DNA of 63,246 nt, filler included, from Intoshia linei (GCA_001642005.1; 6 parts of 6 records of this genome joined end to end with filler, not necessarily neighbours in it), one strand, 5' to 3'. Shown: positions 39,501 to 52,404, counted from the whole stretch's first letter. Made by a program: numbers and translations. Notes: generated from the sequence alone by a model not told the origin.

Positions 39501-40859
39501 GTAGTAGTGGTTGTAGACGTTGTACTTTTATAAACTATTAAATAATATTATATTAAAAATTATTGTATATCAATGTTAAAACAGACTACAGAATCCACAA
39601 GTTTTAGCGCATTTAATTTTAAGATCATCTATGAAGGATTCATTGTTGCATTTCTCTAAATAGTAGTCGCATACATCGATCGCATCCTTACACTCTAGAT
39701 TAAATCTTAAAGTAACATGCCAAGATTAAAACATGTTAATTAATAAAATTATATTTACCCAAATCATTATAAACGGTGGTAGGCTCCTTAGTTGTTGGTA
39801 TGCCTAATAAAATACTTTTAGTTTACATAGGTGTTATTACATTATCCAGGTGTTGAACCGACCTGAAAGTGTTGTACACACAAACGAAGCAATTAAATTC
39901 TATAACAAAAAATTAAGTACATAACATACAGTCTTAAATAGGGAGACCAGGAAGTTGCCTATTCCTACCATGATATGTCCTATTCCCTTCCAAAATGTAT
40001 ACTATTTTTAAATCTGTACAATGGATTTGTCGATATCATAGACTCTATGACAGAGGTGGCCAAATTCTGACCTGCGGACCAAAAGTGGTCCTCAAGTCAA
40101 ATAAAAGTGCTTCGCGATGGTTATCTAACAAAATGCAATAATTATTTGCATGACACTTACAATGTTGGGAAACACTGATTTACATAATTGAATGTTTAGT
40201 TTTGCGCATTAGATTTTACTTACCTTTACCTTCTTGAAATAAAACAGTTGTATATTTTTAGTTAGATTAAGATAAAGACAATAATAAGAGAAAAAATTTT
40301 TTTGGTCAATTACATATCAACAATTTTAATTTTATTTGAATATTTCAGCTTTCTTTTCTGAAAACTTTGTATGTGCGTGATACTAACAATGTAAATGTAC
40401 TAACATTAAATGTAAATTTCACTGAAAATAGAAAATACACCTAAATTTTTTTTTTGAACTTTAAAATATCTCAATATAATTGACTTTTATAAACATTGTG
40501 GCCCACGTAATTCAAAATTTTATGATATGGCCTGTGAGTTAATTAAGCCACCACCATAATAATCATAATAACCATCCAATAATTGGCCACCACTGCTTTA
40601 TGATAACTGTACTACAACTAATCATTTTTTGTAATTACAATGTTTGCACGTTAATTTACAATGAAGATGTAAAATATCGATGTAATTTGGACTATTGCAC
40701 TTGTCTGCATAACTTGGACACACCGTATAATCATCTGAACACTCTAGTGCAAAACCTAGTTCAATTTTTTAAAATTTTAACTTCAATCTCAGAATAATTA
40801 CCAATTGTAAATAAACTCCATACAATAAAAAAAGCAATTGTCATCGACGTAATATGCAT
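36546..40859 (-). CDS. Secreted multi-ShKT-domain protein with Thr/Ser mucin stalk and C-terminal Cys-rich (PLAC-like) module, ~327 aa, 8 exons
   Basis: Exons 40859-40802, 40755-40639, 39803-39759, 39694-39587, 39534-39232, 39195-39100, 36843-36727 and 36685-36546; all junctions are phase-1 GT-AG and total 984 nt. Signal peptide MHITSMTIAFFIVWSLFTIGFA. ShKT domains: CSDDYTVC...KC...HCKLTCKHC, CKDAIDVC...KC...KCAKTCGFC, CADSFDDC...LC...HCKLTCNLC. Ends C...YC...CCSTCT*. Confidence 0.88.
37590..38946. mobile_element. Nested Helitron pair in intron 6 of the ShKT gene
   Basis: A plus copy has its 5' end near 37592 (atcttttactcatatt..gtgtctgtgtg). Its 3' hairpin (38020-38060) and terminus (caacagtcaagccag|t, 38931-38946) are split by a minus copy at ~38064-38926. 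Confidence 0.6.
39300..39490 (-). repeat. Coding tandem repeat (~72-nt unit, STSTTTTSSTTSPITTPST(I/V)(S/P)TETSS) in the mucin exon
   Basis: gtcgaaggagttgtaatgggagaagtag occurs twice, 84 nt apart; gatgaagtttcagttg is likewise duplicated. Unit length is approximate (~72-84 nt). Confidence 0.75.
40051..40595. mobile_element. hAT MITE in intron 2 of the ShKT gene
   Basis: TIRs CAGAGGTGGCCAA / TTGGCCACCACTG; TSD CTCTATGA/CTTTATGA (7/8). Confidence 0.8.
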
Positions 40860-41496
40860 TCTAGTGAGATTAAAATGATTTAATCTATTTAACAAATGGA
40901 AAATTAGGTTTAATTCAAAACCATTTAGATTTGTAATTAACTTAATTGTATATTCTCGTATTGTCGTTAACTTTAATTCCATTCTAGTAATCTAATTTAT
41001 TAATTTAGCGAACATGCCATTTCATATTAAATGTACATATATTTAATGTATTTGGAACATTACATTGTACAATGTAAATTAGTATGCCATGACATATCAC
41101 TTAATAAATATTAATAATACTGTTAAACCACCATTAATAGTTGTTTTCCGGATTAGTCTACTTTTTGAATTTAAAAACAGTGATACACATAATACGTTTA
41201 CACATAAAAAGTGTTAAAATGAGTTTATGATCGTTAATTAGTTAATTTTTTTTTCCAAATTGCAATATTGATGAGATTGTTTTACGATTATTTGGTGATT
41301 ATCCAATATAAGTCTTTTAGGATAATTTATAATTATACATTATAAATCAAAGAAAGTATCATATCTAAGCTTAGAAAATTGCGAAAATATTAATAAACGA
41401 ATCATGAAAATTATAAATTTTTAAAAATAATATGACAAAATTAAGGTGATAAAGTTTTAAAATGACAAAATAACTTAAAAATAGCACGCATCAAAC

Positions 41497-41586
41497 TTAC
41501 TTAATCCTATTAACTTACCTTACCTTACTTAACTTAGTTACCATACTTACTTTACCATACCATACCTTACTTAACTTAACCCTTAC
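41497..41586 (+). repeat. Degenerate pentanucleotide microsatellite (CTTAC/CTTAA/CATAC)n
   Basis: cttacttaatcctattaacttaccttaccttacttaacttagttaccatacttactttaccataccataccttacttaacttaacc. Confidence 0.7.
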
Positions 41587-42676
41587 AAGCAGTGCCGGTT
41601 CAAGGTACTACAATTTTTCTTTACTATAGTATATTATATTATAACTAGGTTTACTGTTATGTACTACATACACACAGGACCTAGCTCTGCCGAAGGCAAA
41701 TTTTTTTTATAGTTAAAAAATAAATTCACGTTGAAAATCTAATTTAAAAATCCTACCATTTGTTATCAATCCTTTAAAGGAATAGTTAAATTTTATATTA
41801 TATATAATTATATTTCTATTGCAATAGAAATATAAAGGTGTCAGGAATAAGAGACTTGGTGAGGGGTAGTAAAATGAAATTATTTTTGTTTAATTTTGGT
41901 GACTTAAAAAATGGTATAGCAATTCGACCATAATTATTATTAATGTAAAAAAATTATATTTACATGAAATTATTGCCCCACACTCTATGATAAAAATAAC
42001 GGTACGCTACAGTTTTTTGGCAGTGAAGGTTTAACCTTGTAATATTGAAAAGTTTTATTAGTTAACTGGAAAAAGTTGTATTATGTGATGTTTTTTTAAT
42101 TTTTAGCAGCTAGTTATTTAAAATTTTAAAATAAAGGGTAATTTAGAGTTAACTCTGAATGTATAAATTTTTGAATTTAAAATTTAGTTTGCTTTCCGCA
42201 GCGGACATGGGCAACTTGGAATTTTTGGGACTGTTAGATTTCTAAATAAATTTTACTTTATATAGGTATGGATTAGGTCGAGTTAAACTGTGATGTCACT
42301 AATTCCAAACCTTAAAACTAAATAAGACTATCGGCAAATTTAATCGACTGGATAATCTTACGTTATAAAAAGTTATAATTAGCAAAGACAAATAAGTAAA
42401 TGATAAAATTAAAAAAAATATAGATACATGGTACGATAAATGATTAATTAATAATCTAACATTGTCAAAGAAACTAAAAGAAATGTTGAATTGAATTTAA
42501 AATATCTTTCATTTGAAATTCAAGATTGAAATGTTTGAGTCTATTTTTTCAAATGAGGTAATTTATAATTATTAGTATTTATGTAAAAACCAAGTTATTT
42601 ATAAACGTAAAGAATAACGAAATTTACAGTTTATTAACACCGGTTAAATAAAATATTACTTATTACTACTATTTAG

Positions 42677-42820
42677 CAAATTGCCGAATTGCGAGACATG
42701 TGCTACGATGCTTATGTATGCGGTAACGAAGTGCAACGCGTTCGTGTAGAATCGTTATTTACAAATGATAATTGTATGGAAACATGTAAAAAGTGTCAGT
42801 TCTTACTTGAACAACCTCAT
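42677..42820 (+). pseudogene. ShKT-like exon (gene fragment or pseudogene)
   Basis: tttag|QIAELRDMCYDAYVCGNEVQRVRVESLFTNDNCMETCKKCQFLLEQPH|gtaatt. ShKT spacing is kept, but the third Cys is apparently replaced by Arg (CGT). Confidence 0.45.
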
Positions 42821-43048
42821 GTAATTTTAATAGTAAAGATATATATTTGCTGGGTTCTTACTGAGAATGTTTACTATAATATACGATTTTGATGGGGAAA
42901 ATTTCAAATTAATTAAAAAAATTTTCAAATTGAGAATTGTGTCATAATTCCATACAAATGATGACTATAATATGAAATTTGAGTGATAATAAATTGTAGA
43001 AAACACTTTATCTCTATACTACACAACAAAAGACTTTGAATAATAATA

Positions 43049-43513
43049 CAGGGTGTACCATTTAGAACAGTGCACTTGTTAAAACATTTCATATTATGAC
43101 TCATAATTTATGAGTGCACTGACGAAATGAAGAACAAATCAACTGTATAAAAGCAAGTTCATATTAATTTTTTGAATTAAAAATCTAAAATTTATAAAAA
43201 TTCCCTTTCCAATATAGAATCCCTAAAAACCAATATCATCAACAGTATTAACTCAATTAGCACTCTAAAATTATCTAATGTTTACAACAATTTCCTTAAA
43301 CGCATTGATTTATGTATCCAATGATGGTGTTCATTTTGAACATTTATTTAAATTGAATAATTTTAAGTTTCTAAATTTTTCTATTTTTCTTAAATACTTT
43401 AGATAAATATCCAAATAATTTTATTATTGAGCAAATGTAATTGTTTCTAGTGAAAATGTTTTTTTTGATAAACTTCTTATTTTCAAGGGCACTGTTTTAA
43501 ATGGTACACTCTG
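43049..43513. mobile_element. Tc1/mariner non-autonomous element
   Basis: 30-bp TIRs CAGGGTGTACCATTTAGAACAGTGCACTTG / CAAGGGCACTGTTTTAAATGGTACACTCTG; TA TSD; internal KRIDLC..DGVHFEHLF remnant. Confidence 0.85.
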
Positions 43514-43668
43514 TACTTATTTATCTTTGCCACTCTTGCATCCATTAAAATGTATATAACATTTCAATCAAGTATACTGGTTTTAACCCTTATTGTGGGT
43601 CATACTTATAACACTTATTTCCTAATTTTTTTGATTTTCCTATCCTTGTCATCAATGAATATTCTATA

Positions 43669-44073
43669 CAAGGTGATTGGTAAGTTCCACATGTTAAATT
43701 CCACATAATGCGGCAAAATGTCAGATTTCAGATTCTAAGAAAGTTATACAAGGACGAATACAAGTGTATAATATAATTGATTAAGAATGTATTTAACAAT
43801 AACAAAGAATAAATGAAAAGTTTCAAGAACGAACCTCAGTCTATTCGACTCAAATGCTCGAACTGCCGACCTTCAACTACCAGTCACCGAGCGGCACACC
43901 GTTTGACAAATATTGGCGTCGATTGCTGAAATCTCCGTTGTGATTGTGTTTTTCAATTCTTCGATGCTTTTTGAGTTACTTTTGTAGACACGATCCTTCA
44001 AAAGCCCCATAAGAAAAAGTCACATGGACTAAGATCTGGAGATCTGGGTGGCCATTCGATGAAGCCGCGACGG
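43669..44073 (-). mobile_element. Tc1/mariner (rosa/DD41D-like) transposase 3' fragment, cut by the spacer
   Basis: Reverse strand reads RGFIEWPPRSPDLSPCDFFLWGFLKDRVY...IEELKNTI...GRQFEHL. TA|CAAGGTG terminus at 43667-43675. Confidence 0.85.
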
Positions 44074-45916
44074 NNNNNNNNNNNNNNNNNNNNNNNNNNN
44101 NNNNNNNNNNNNNNNNNTTAATTAATTAANNNNNNNNNNNNNNNNNNNNNNNNNNNNNNNNNNNNNNNNNNNNGTTTATGTTATTATATATTTATATATA
44201 TTTTTATTAAAACTCAATTAGTGGAAACTTCTTTACATGTTTTGCAGGTTTTATGACATTCTATAAATTAGTTGCAAATTTTTTTATTATGATTAACTGT
44301 TTGAACTGTAATTTTTTTTAAATTCTGGGTTTATTTTAATTTTTTTTTCCGCTCATTCCAATCCCTTCTGGTCCTGCTTTATTTATTACAATTTACAAAT
44401 AATTTATCAACTAACAGTAAAAATTAGCAAATTATTCACTAATGAATAATCTACTAACGGTGATTGACTGTACTTGAAACTTTCTAAGAGAGATGTTGAT
44501 GGAAAATGGCAAATTTTTTCATATAATACACATAGTATGTATATCACACATTGTATATGACATATACTACATGTATATGAGAATAAATATTGTACAAATA
44601 AATAGTTGTGCATATTAGTTTTGTGACATAATTTCAAAAATTAAGTGCAGGATCGGAAAAGTTTGAATAATTAACCAAAAAAGACAATACAAAAAGATAA
44701 TTAAATTAGAAAAAAATTAGCGGAGACGCTTGCAATTTTAAATATCCCATACAAAAATGTTATATTGATACTGATAACTTATACTATTAACTTATATAAT
44801 ATGCTACGCGATTTTTGTTTATGTGTCTGTGTGTGTGTTCCACTTTATTTAAATAACTACCTATCTTAGAATTTAATAAAGTCCACATTTCAATTACAGT
44901 TTTTTCCAGAACGTATAATAAGATAAATTTCAACCTCCCAAACTCACACCTTACAGGTCAAAAACCCCTATTGTCCCTCCTTTTAAAAATCAATCGAGTT
45001 GGAGAATTTAAAAAAATGTACTAATGTAATAAAATTACTCTGATAGGGATTTTAAAATCATAAACATTATCATAAATTTAAATTTAAAAAAATTATATCT
45101 TCAAAGCCAAAACCACAAATATATTTTCTTACCGAAATATTTTATTAAAACCAAAAATGTGAAATAATTAAAAGTTCGAAAATAAAAAAATTTATATTAT
45201 TCTGCAGCAAATTAAATGGACATTATTATCTATATATGTTGTTTTTTTAAATTTCAAAAAAAGTTGAAATTGGAATAGCTCTAGTGCAATCTTTTTACCA
45301 ATTCAGCCGCAAAGCTATTTTACTCATTGATACTACGGACACACAAAATGTATTATGACATTGAGTATATCCATTTTGAGAAAATGGCCAAAGTAAAAAA
45401 TGTAATTTTTTCATAAACATATTAAATTGCCCTTGAATAAAATCTGATTTAAACTTTTCAATTTGAAGTAAAATGATATTTTACATTATAATCACATGGA
45501 TTGCCCACGGCTTCACATAAACACTCTCACAGCCGTATGCGGCTGTACAACAGCAGGTTGTGCACCCTGATCTAATTCATTATTAACTGAATTGAAATTC
45601 CGGTCAGCTTAATTAAATAGCTTAATATAATTTGTAACTAATTGAACTTGCATAAATTTTAACTTTAATTTGTAATTAATTAATTTAAATAAATAAATAA
45701 ACTCTCGTCAACAAGATTTAAACAGTACGTAAGTTTGTGTTTGGCTCGTGCCGAATATTGCTTCGAGACGTATTTTGTAGAACTCTAATATTAGATAATA
45801 TAACAACAAAACTATTGCATACAACAACAAATAAACGGGATAAATGTTGCATATCAACAATGATGACAAAAAAACCATGAATTTATGATAAACAAAAAAT
45901 TTAAATTTAAATAAAA

Positions 45917-48900
45917 ATGGTTTTAAAAACAATATATAAACAACCAGAATATCGAATATATCGAGCACACAGTTGTTCATTTGCTCGATTTTTTACCTTA
46001 TTTATGAAAATTGTGTGCATAATAGTTCCATTTATATTAGCATATCGTACAGAAGGTAATAACACGATTAAATAAATATGATAATAAATATTTATCAGGA
46101 TTGTGGAAATTAACAGACATACATACCGAAAAACCAAATATTCAATTTAGTTATTCAATGTTGGCATATATTTATTTAAAAAACGATAGATATGTTACAT
46201 GGAGCACATTTGATAACTTCAATCATATAGAAATGCCAAATTTAAGAATACCTGTTGTTACCGTAAATTTAAATTATTTTCATGATTTTTCATTTTTAAT
46301 TCTATAAATCATGGTTTCCCAAAGTGAACACTGTAAACTTTTCCGTGTTACGAAATTCGAAGTTTTGACCGTGTTTTAGAACTCTAATACCTAAGTTTCC
46401 CATCTAAACAGTATTTCACATATTTAAAGTGCGTTTTGTTCGCCAATATATCATTACACTAAAAAGACTCCATTTGTGAGAACGGCATTTTTCAGAATAT
46501 TCAAAAATATATTTTTTAATTTGGAAAAATGACGTCCTATTTTACCAGGTTATTTAATAGCCAGAAGAGGTGTCGGTACGATAGGATCGACACTGCCTGG
46601 AGACTACTTTGGAAAACGCTGAATTGATTTATATTATATAAATTATGATTTAGAGTTACGAAGAGGATACCAATTTTGATGATAAAAACGACATATTGTA
46701 TTTAAATTTAAGTTTTCCATTAAATGAAAATGAGCAAGTTGTTGGAGTTCAAATTTATCTTGTTTTCGATTATGTACTTGAAGTAATTTTATTTTTTTCA
46801 AACTCACACTTATACATTTGTCAATTTTTCTTTGTTAATGGTGATTAATAACTTTATAATTATAAAACCAATCTCACAATCTATGTTGTGTAAAATTGTA
46901 GATCTTTTTTAATTTTACTAAAAGAATTATTTGTGGTTTTGGCCGTAAAGATATAAGATTTTGAAATTGAAATTTATCATAATATTGATAATTGTAAATT
47001 ATTTATCAGATTGTGTATTTTTTTATAATTCTAGGAGTGGTTTGAATTTTTGAAAAAGTATAATTGTGGTTTTTTACCTTGAAGGATTTCATTGCTGAAA
47101 ATGAAATTTGCGACAAAACATCACTCTCGAAAAACTGTTATATACTCCATCGCAGCAATTTTGCAATTAATATAAACCAATTTAAACTACATGCTATGTT
47201 TTTCAATTATTTATATATTAAACGATTTGGCAAGATCTTTCATTGGTAAAAAAATAAAAAATAGATAATCTGAAAAAAGTCGTAAAAATTGAAGTTTTTA
47301 ATTATTTTGTTACTTTGAACGTCTCACTAATTTTGCAAAACTATCGAAAACATAATAAACTCGGATTTCCTGACAAATAATTGTTTTTAAACTGTTTTCA
47401 TTATCGCAAATGACACTGTCAAATAATATTACAAAATTAATAGAAAAAGATTTGAAGGATTTTATCGAAAAGGTAAATATCGCAAAAACCCGCAATATTT
47501 CCCTTATAACAATTTATAACATTTCAAGTGAATAAAGATCAATCAAATCGAAGCGAATAACAACTTTAAAAAAAGAAAGAGTTCAAAAAGCAATTAAAAA
47601 CTCTGCTGATGGGGTGCAAAAATCTGGAAGGGTTATTATATCGACATCCGTTGCTGCCCGTATGCGATGTGCTTCTTCAAGAGCAATTATTTGACGGGCC
47701 CTTAATGATAACGGTTTGAAGTATCGATGTTGATTGCAAAAACTGAAATTGACTGATGCACAGAAGAATGGCCGCCTAAATTTTGTACGCAACCTTTTTT
47801 AATAGGGTTGATATCGATAAAATCGTATTTTCGGATAAATGTATATTTTCTTTAGATGGAAGTGATAATCTCATGTCGTGGAAACCATTAAAACTCGAAA
47901 AAAGTATTTTAAGGTGGATCCATAATGATTTGGGGTTGTTTAGCATCTTGCGGTAATTTATGATTAGGAAATTGGACCATACTGTTAATAAAGATTCTTA
48001 TAAAAAAATTTTATTTGAAGATGTATTTACTCAACTAAGTAACATAATTTCTGGCTTTGTCTTACACCAAGATAATGCTAGACCTCATGTGATCAAAAAA
48101 ACAAGGGTTAGGTTTGCTGCTGAATCAATAAAATTATTAGGTTGGCTTTCATTATTCTCCTGATATATCCCCAATAAAAATTTTATGGTCAATTATGAAA
48201 AATCAGCTATATGATGGTTCACAATTTAATTCGAAAATGCATGTATGGCAGAAAATATTTCATATTGATCCGAAAATAATTTTAAAGGAAAGACATGATT
48301 ATAAGGCTACATAAATCATTTAAAAATGAAATGAATGAACAAATAAAAAATGTACGAGGTTATGATGAATAATGGAAATTTGCATATCTACATATAAATG
48401 AAAAAGGTAAATTTCTACGAATTAATCAGCCCATTTTTTTATTTTTTTTTAGCATACGATAGATCTTGCTTCGCTGATTAATACATAAACAATCCAGACA
48501 CTTAGAGTATCACTGAGACTAGTTTCTAATAATTGCAAAATTGCTGAGAGGGAATATAGAAATATGAAATTTGTAAATCTCTACTCTTACTTTCAAAATA
48601 AAAATAATATATAATAATAATATGAAAATGAAAATTGGTTAAATATTAATTAAAATTTATTTAATTAAAAATTAGTTAATAATTATTAAAATAATCCAAA
48701 AAAAATTAAACTAGAAACAAATTTAAAAAAATAAATTATGTAACTAAACATGTAGAATAGTATTATAAAGTCGGTACTACGTTTAAATTAATAATTTTTA
48801 ATTTGAAAACGTCTTTAAACATTATTGCATAAATAACCGAAATTTGAACGTCGCTAAAAACCACAAAAATCGAGCTAGAATGAAATTTTAAAAATTGAAA

Positions 48901-51579
48901 TGTAAAGTTAAGCGTGGGTGTTGAGACTATAAAATATAAACCATGATAACGTATCACAATGTTGTTTTTGCAGAAAATAAAGTTTAATTTAAATTTTTCG
49001 ACATAGTGCTTCTATTTTAAAAATACACACATTGATTACTAATCGCCCATTAAATTCTAAAAATTTAAAAAAAATGTGACACCCTACTGTACAGTGTACA
49101 GTTGTTTTATGTTGAAATACTGCAATAAATTAATCATAAATTTAGTTTCAATAGTTGAAAATTTTGTTTTATATATTTGTGGAAATTTAAATTTAATTTG
49201 AATTTTTGGATATACATTTTGTACATTATGTTAGCGAAAATTCCATTTTAACGGAATTTTGAATTATTAATTATTTTGAATTTTTTAACGAATTTGTATA
49301 AACTAATAATTCAGATAATTTGAATAATTTTATCTTTAAAGCTCTAGAATCCATTTTTAATGACTATCATAAATATAAACTAATTTTTTTTACTAATTAG
49401 AAGTGATATTTTAAGATAAGGTATAACATTTTCTGAGTAAAATATTGAGAAAAATTAAAGAAATTGAGGTGATAAAGCGTTAAAATCACAAAATGATTAA
49501 AAGATATTAACGTAAAACTGAAAATTCAATTAAATTTTTAGTTAAATTAATCAAAATATGAATGCTTCTATGATTAAATTATTTATTTCCATCATGAAAG
49601 TTATGGAATGTCTAATTCAAATGTATACTTGTAAAATTCGTTCGTAACCATTAGAAATTCTGCGAATATCATACTTTCTGATAACTAATTATTAATTTAA
49701 TAACAATAAATTAATTACGTGTCTATGGTGAAGTAAATTTGAGAACTTCTTTAAAAAGTTAATAATAATTAATAGTAGCATGTTTAGTAAGATTTTATTA
49801 TTACTTTTATTTTGTTGGTAGAATTAAAAAGTTCTCGGCAGAGCTAGGTGCTATTTGTACGAAGTACATAACATTCAATCTAGTTTACAATAGAACTAGC
49901 CGAGGGCACATTTCTATTATACCAAAAAAATAAATTCATGTTGACAATCTAACTTAAAAATCCTACTATTCACTATTATCAATCCTTTCAAGGAGTGGTT
50001 CCCAAATTTGTTTCAGGTGGAACCATCATATCACATTACTTTTTATTTTAAAGTTAATTATTTTATCTTAATTTTTGGTTTCTTAGCATTTGCGTATAGA
50101 ATTTTAAAAACAATTGTTATCCGATTTTTTTTAATTTATTAGATAGAATGTGTGTATAATATTAAAAATAAAGTAAAAACAGTCCAATCCTAAAAATTGT
50201 CATAAATAGCATAAATTCCAGAAAAAATAAAATTAAGAAACCTATTTTGTCATTTTCAATGTGATGACATATATTCAGTATCAATTTAATAAATAAATCC
50301 TAAAAATTGTCATAAATAGCATAAATTCCAGAAAAAATAAAATTATAAAGTTTTTTGTCATTTTCAATGTGATGACATATATTCAGTACCAATTTAATAA
50401 ATACTTAAAAACACCAATTGTGTATCAATAATTAACCGAATCTTCACTTTATAAACATATTTCAGTCGAATTTTACCAATATTGCAAAGAATTGTAATAA
50501 ATATAATTAGTAGTCGTTGTTGTAGTTTTTATTTAAATTTTATTCAAAATGTTTTCAAAATTAGAATTTGAAATTTAAAAATTATGTAGCAATAAAAAAA
50601 ATTCCGAAGGAATAAATTATATAGATTTTCACCCATATTTCTTTATTGGAAATGTGTAGACGTTCAATACACACTTTTTTGTGAAATTATAGGATCAATA
50701 TTTACATTTTCAATTTCTGATTTTAATCGAAACATTTAAAAAATATTGGTTGATAATATATTAAAAATTATTTTTCATCAGGAATGCGTAGATTTCTCGG
50801 GTTAATTTTTGTATTTATATCAACTGGAATCAACTCTATCAGAATATAATTATTTTTTTAATTTTCGAACTTTTAATTATTTCTTATTTTTGGTTTTAAT
50901 AAAATATTTCGGAAAGAAAATATATGAATACTAAAATACTTTTTTGATTGTGAAGTCGTCACTTATTCGGATTGAAACTTTTTATGTGTGTTAACATGAT
51001 ACAACTCTACCACCTGTAAATTTTTTGAAATTCTAGGGCTGTTTTCAAAAAAAAGGAATGGAATTTGGGGTTTTGGTTATGAAGGTATAATTTTTTTAAA
51101 TTTAAATTTATAATAATGTTTATGATTTTAAAATCCGCATCAGCGTATATATTTTTTTAAATTCTCCAACTCGTTTAATTTTCAAAAAGAGGGACAACAG
51201 GGTTTTTTACCCTTAAGATGTGAAATTGAGAGGTTGAAATGTATCTTATTATACGTCCCAGAAAAAACTGTAATTGAAATGTGGTCTTTAAAAAATTTTA
51301 AAAATGCTAGTTATTTTAATAAAGTAGGACACACACACAGACAGACAAACAAAAATCGCGTCGCATTTTATATAAGTTAGGATTTGTTGATTTTCTGTAA
51401 CTGAATAAATATCATTAATTTACATATATGCAAAGGTTTACAATACATTTAAAACGAAAGCATTGGGTATTATTGAAACAAGGACGTCGGATATTTCAGC
51501 ATTATCGTTATACTACCGAGCAAATTCTGTTTGGACTCAATTGAAACCTCTTCCAGCTTATGAATCATTAAATATTCAG
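45917..51579 (+). CDS. TMEM231: Transmembrane protein 231 (ciliary transition-zone MKS module), 5' four exons; remainder not found after the spacer at 51731
   Basis: Exons 45917-46055 (YRAHSCS..PFILAYRTEG), 46099-46262 (LWK..TEKPNIQF..WSTFDNFN..NLRIPVV), 46654-46782 (YEEDTNFDDKND..EQVVGVQIYLVFDYVL) and 51436-51579 (KALGII..QLKPL), collinear with TMEM231. Confidence 0.88.
47145..48554 (+). mobile_element. Full-length decayed Tc1-like element in TMEM231 intron 3
   Basis: TIRs CTCCATCGCAGCAATTTTGCAATTA / TAATTGCAAAATTGCTGAGAGGGAA with TA flanks. Broken transposase: IFSDKCIFSLDG, IMIWGC, LHQDNARPH, SPDISPIK. Confidence 0.85.
49896..51382 (-). mobile_element. Longest copy (~1.5 kb) of the non-autonomous Helitron family
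   Basis: 5' A|TCCTAACTTATATAAAATGCGACGCG followed by a (TGTC/TG)n microsatellite; 3' CTAG|T. No TIR or TSD. The family-wide hairpin TGTTTGTAC-GAA-GTACATAACA just before CTAG is deleted in this copy but present in the adjacent plus-strand end at 49833-49883. Confidence 0.8.
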
Positions 51580-51830
51580 GTATATTCTATTATTTAAAAT
51601 TTATCAAATCTTCCGTGTTGAGTGATTTCCAACGAATTATAAGGCAGACATGTATGCTAAAATAATTACTATATACATTAGGGGTGTGAATTTTTTCACT
51701 TTTTTGCGAAAATACAAAAGTGCCACCCCANNNNNNNNNNNNNNNNNNNNNNNNNNNNNNNNNNNNNNNNNNNNTTAATTAATTAANNNNNNNNNNNNNN
51801 NNNNNNNNNNNNNNNNNNNNNNNNNNNNNN

Positions 51831-52404
51831 ACTGCAATTTGATTCTCTTTGCATATTGTAAAATTGCTGGTCCAAAATTGAGTTAAAAATTTTAAATTCA
51901 CAAGAAATGTCAAATAATTTTATAAATTACTCATGTTTGCCATGCTTTATGTTTTGATTTTTTCTTGTTATTAATTGTAATAATCTACGCTTTATTGAAT
52001 TCTTTGTAATTGTTTTAATTCGACATTTTTTCCATAAAAATATCAATTCATTAGAAATCAAATCAATTCGATCATTAACGAACTTGGTAGTGTGAAATAG
52101 AAATGCATATCTTTCTAATGTATTAATTTCAGTTGCCAATCGAGATAAATCACTTAACTTATTCATTATTATAAAACTTTTATAAACGAATAAATAAAGG
52201 AAAGTAAATAGAATTGTTACGCTAATTACCGATGAAATACTTAAAAATAAACATCACATTTTATATATACTTTTAAAGATATAAATTAATTTAGGGTACA
52301 CATTTTTAAAAAATTGACCATTTTTAACAAGCACATACATGATGTACGTTATTACACACTTTGAAGTATATGGTGTCCCATGGATTTTTTTTGAATAGCC
52401 CTAA
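51831..52404 (-). mobile_element. Possible hATm-like element 5' end with transposase N-terminal relic
   Basis: Terminus reverse complement TTAGGGCTATTC at ~52393-52404. ORF 51927-52166 ELIFLWKKCRIKTIT..IKRRL resembles the WxKAxIPT motif. Confidence 0.35.

Noticed and set aside
39252-39533. Poly-Val/Glu ORF on the plus strand
   Set aside because: It is the antisense shadow of the Thr/Ser mucin exon of the ShKT gene.
44214-44410. Minus-strand CHKTCKTC as a third ShKT gene
   Set aside because: The upstream frame has stops and it could equally be a decayed transposase Cys-rich tail. It is also on a different contig piece.
45500-45572. GC-rich double hairpin (acagccgtatgcggctgt; tacaac..gttgtg) as a possible ncRNA
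   Set aside because: The reverse complement CAGGGTGCACAACCTGC...GCCGCATACGGC matches a typical hAT MITE terminus and subterminal palindrome.
32625-51579. Ciliary gene cluster EFCAB7 + TMEM231
   Set aside because: They are separated by an artificial spacer at 44074, so linkage is unsupported.
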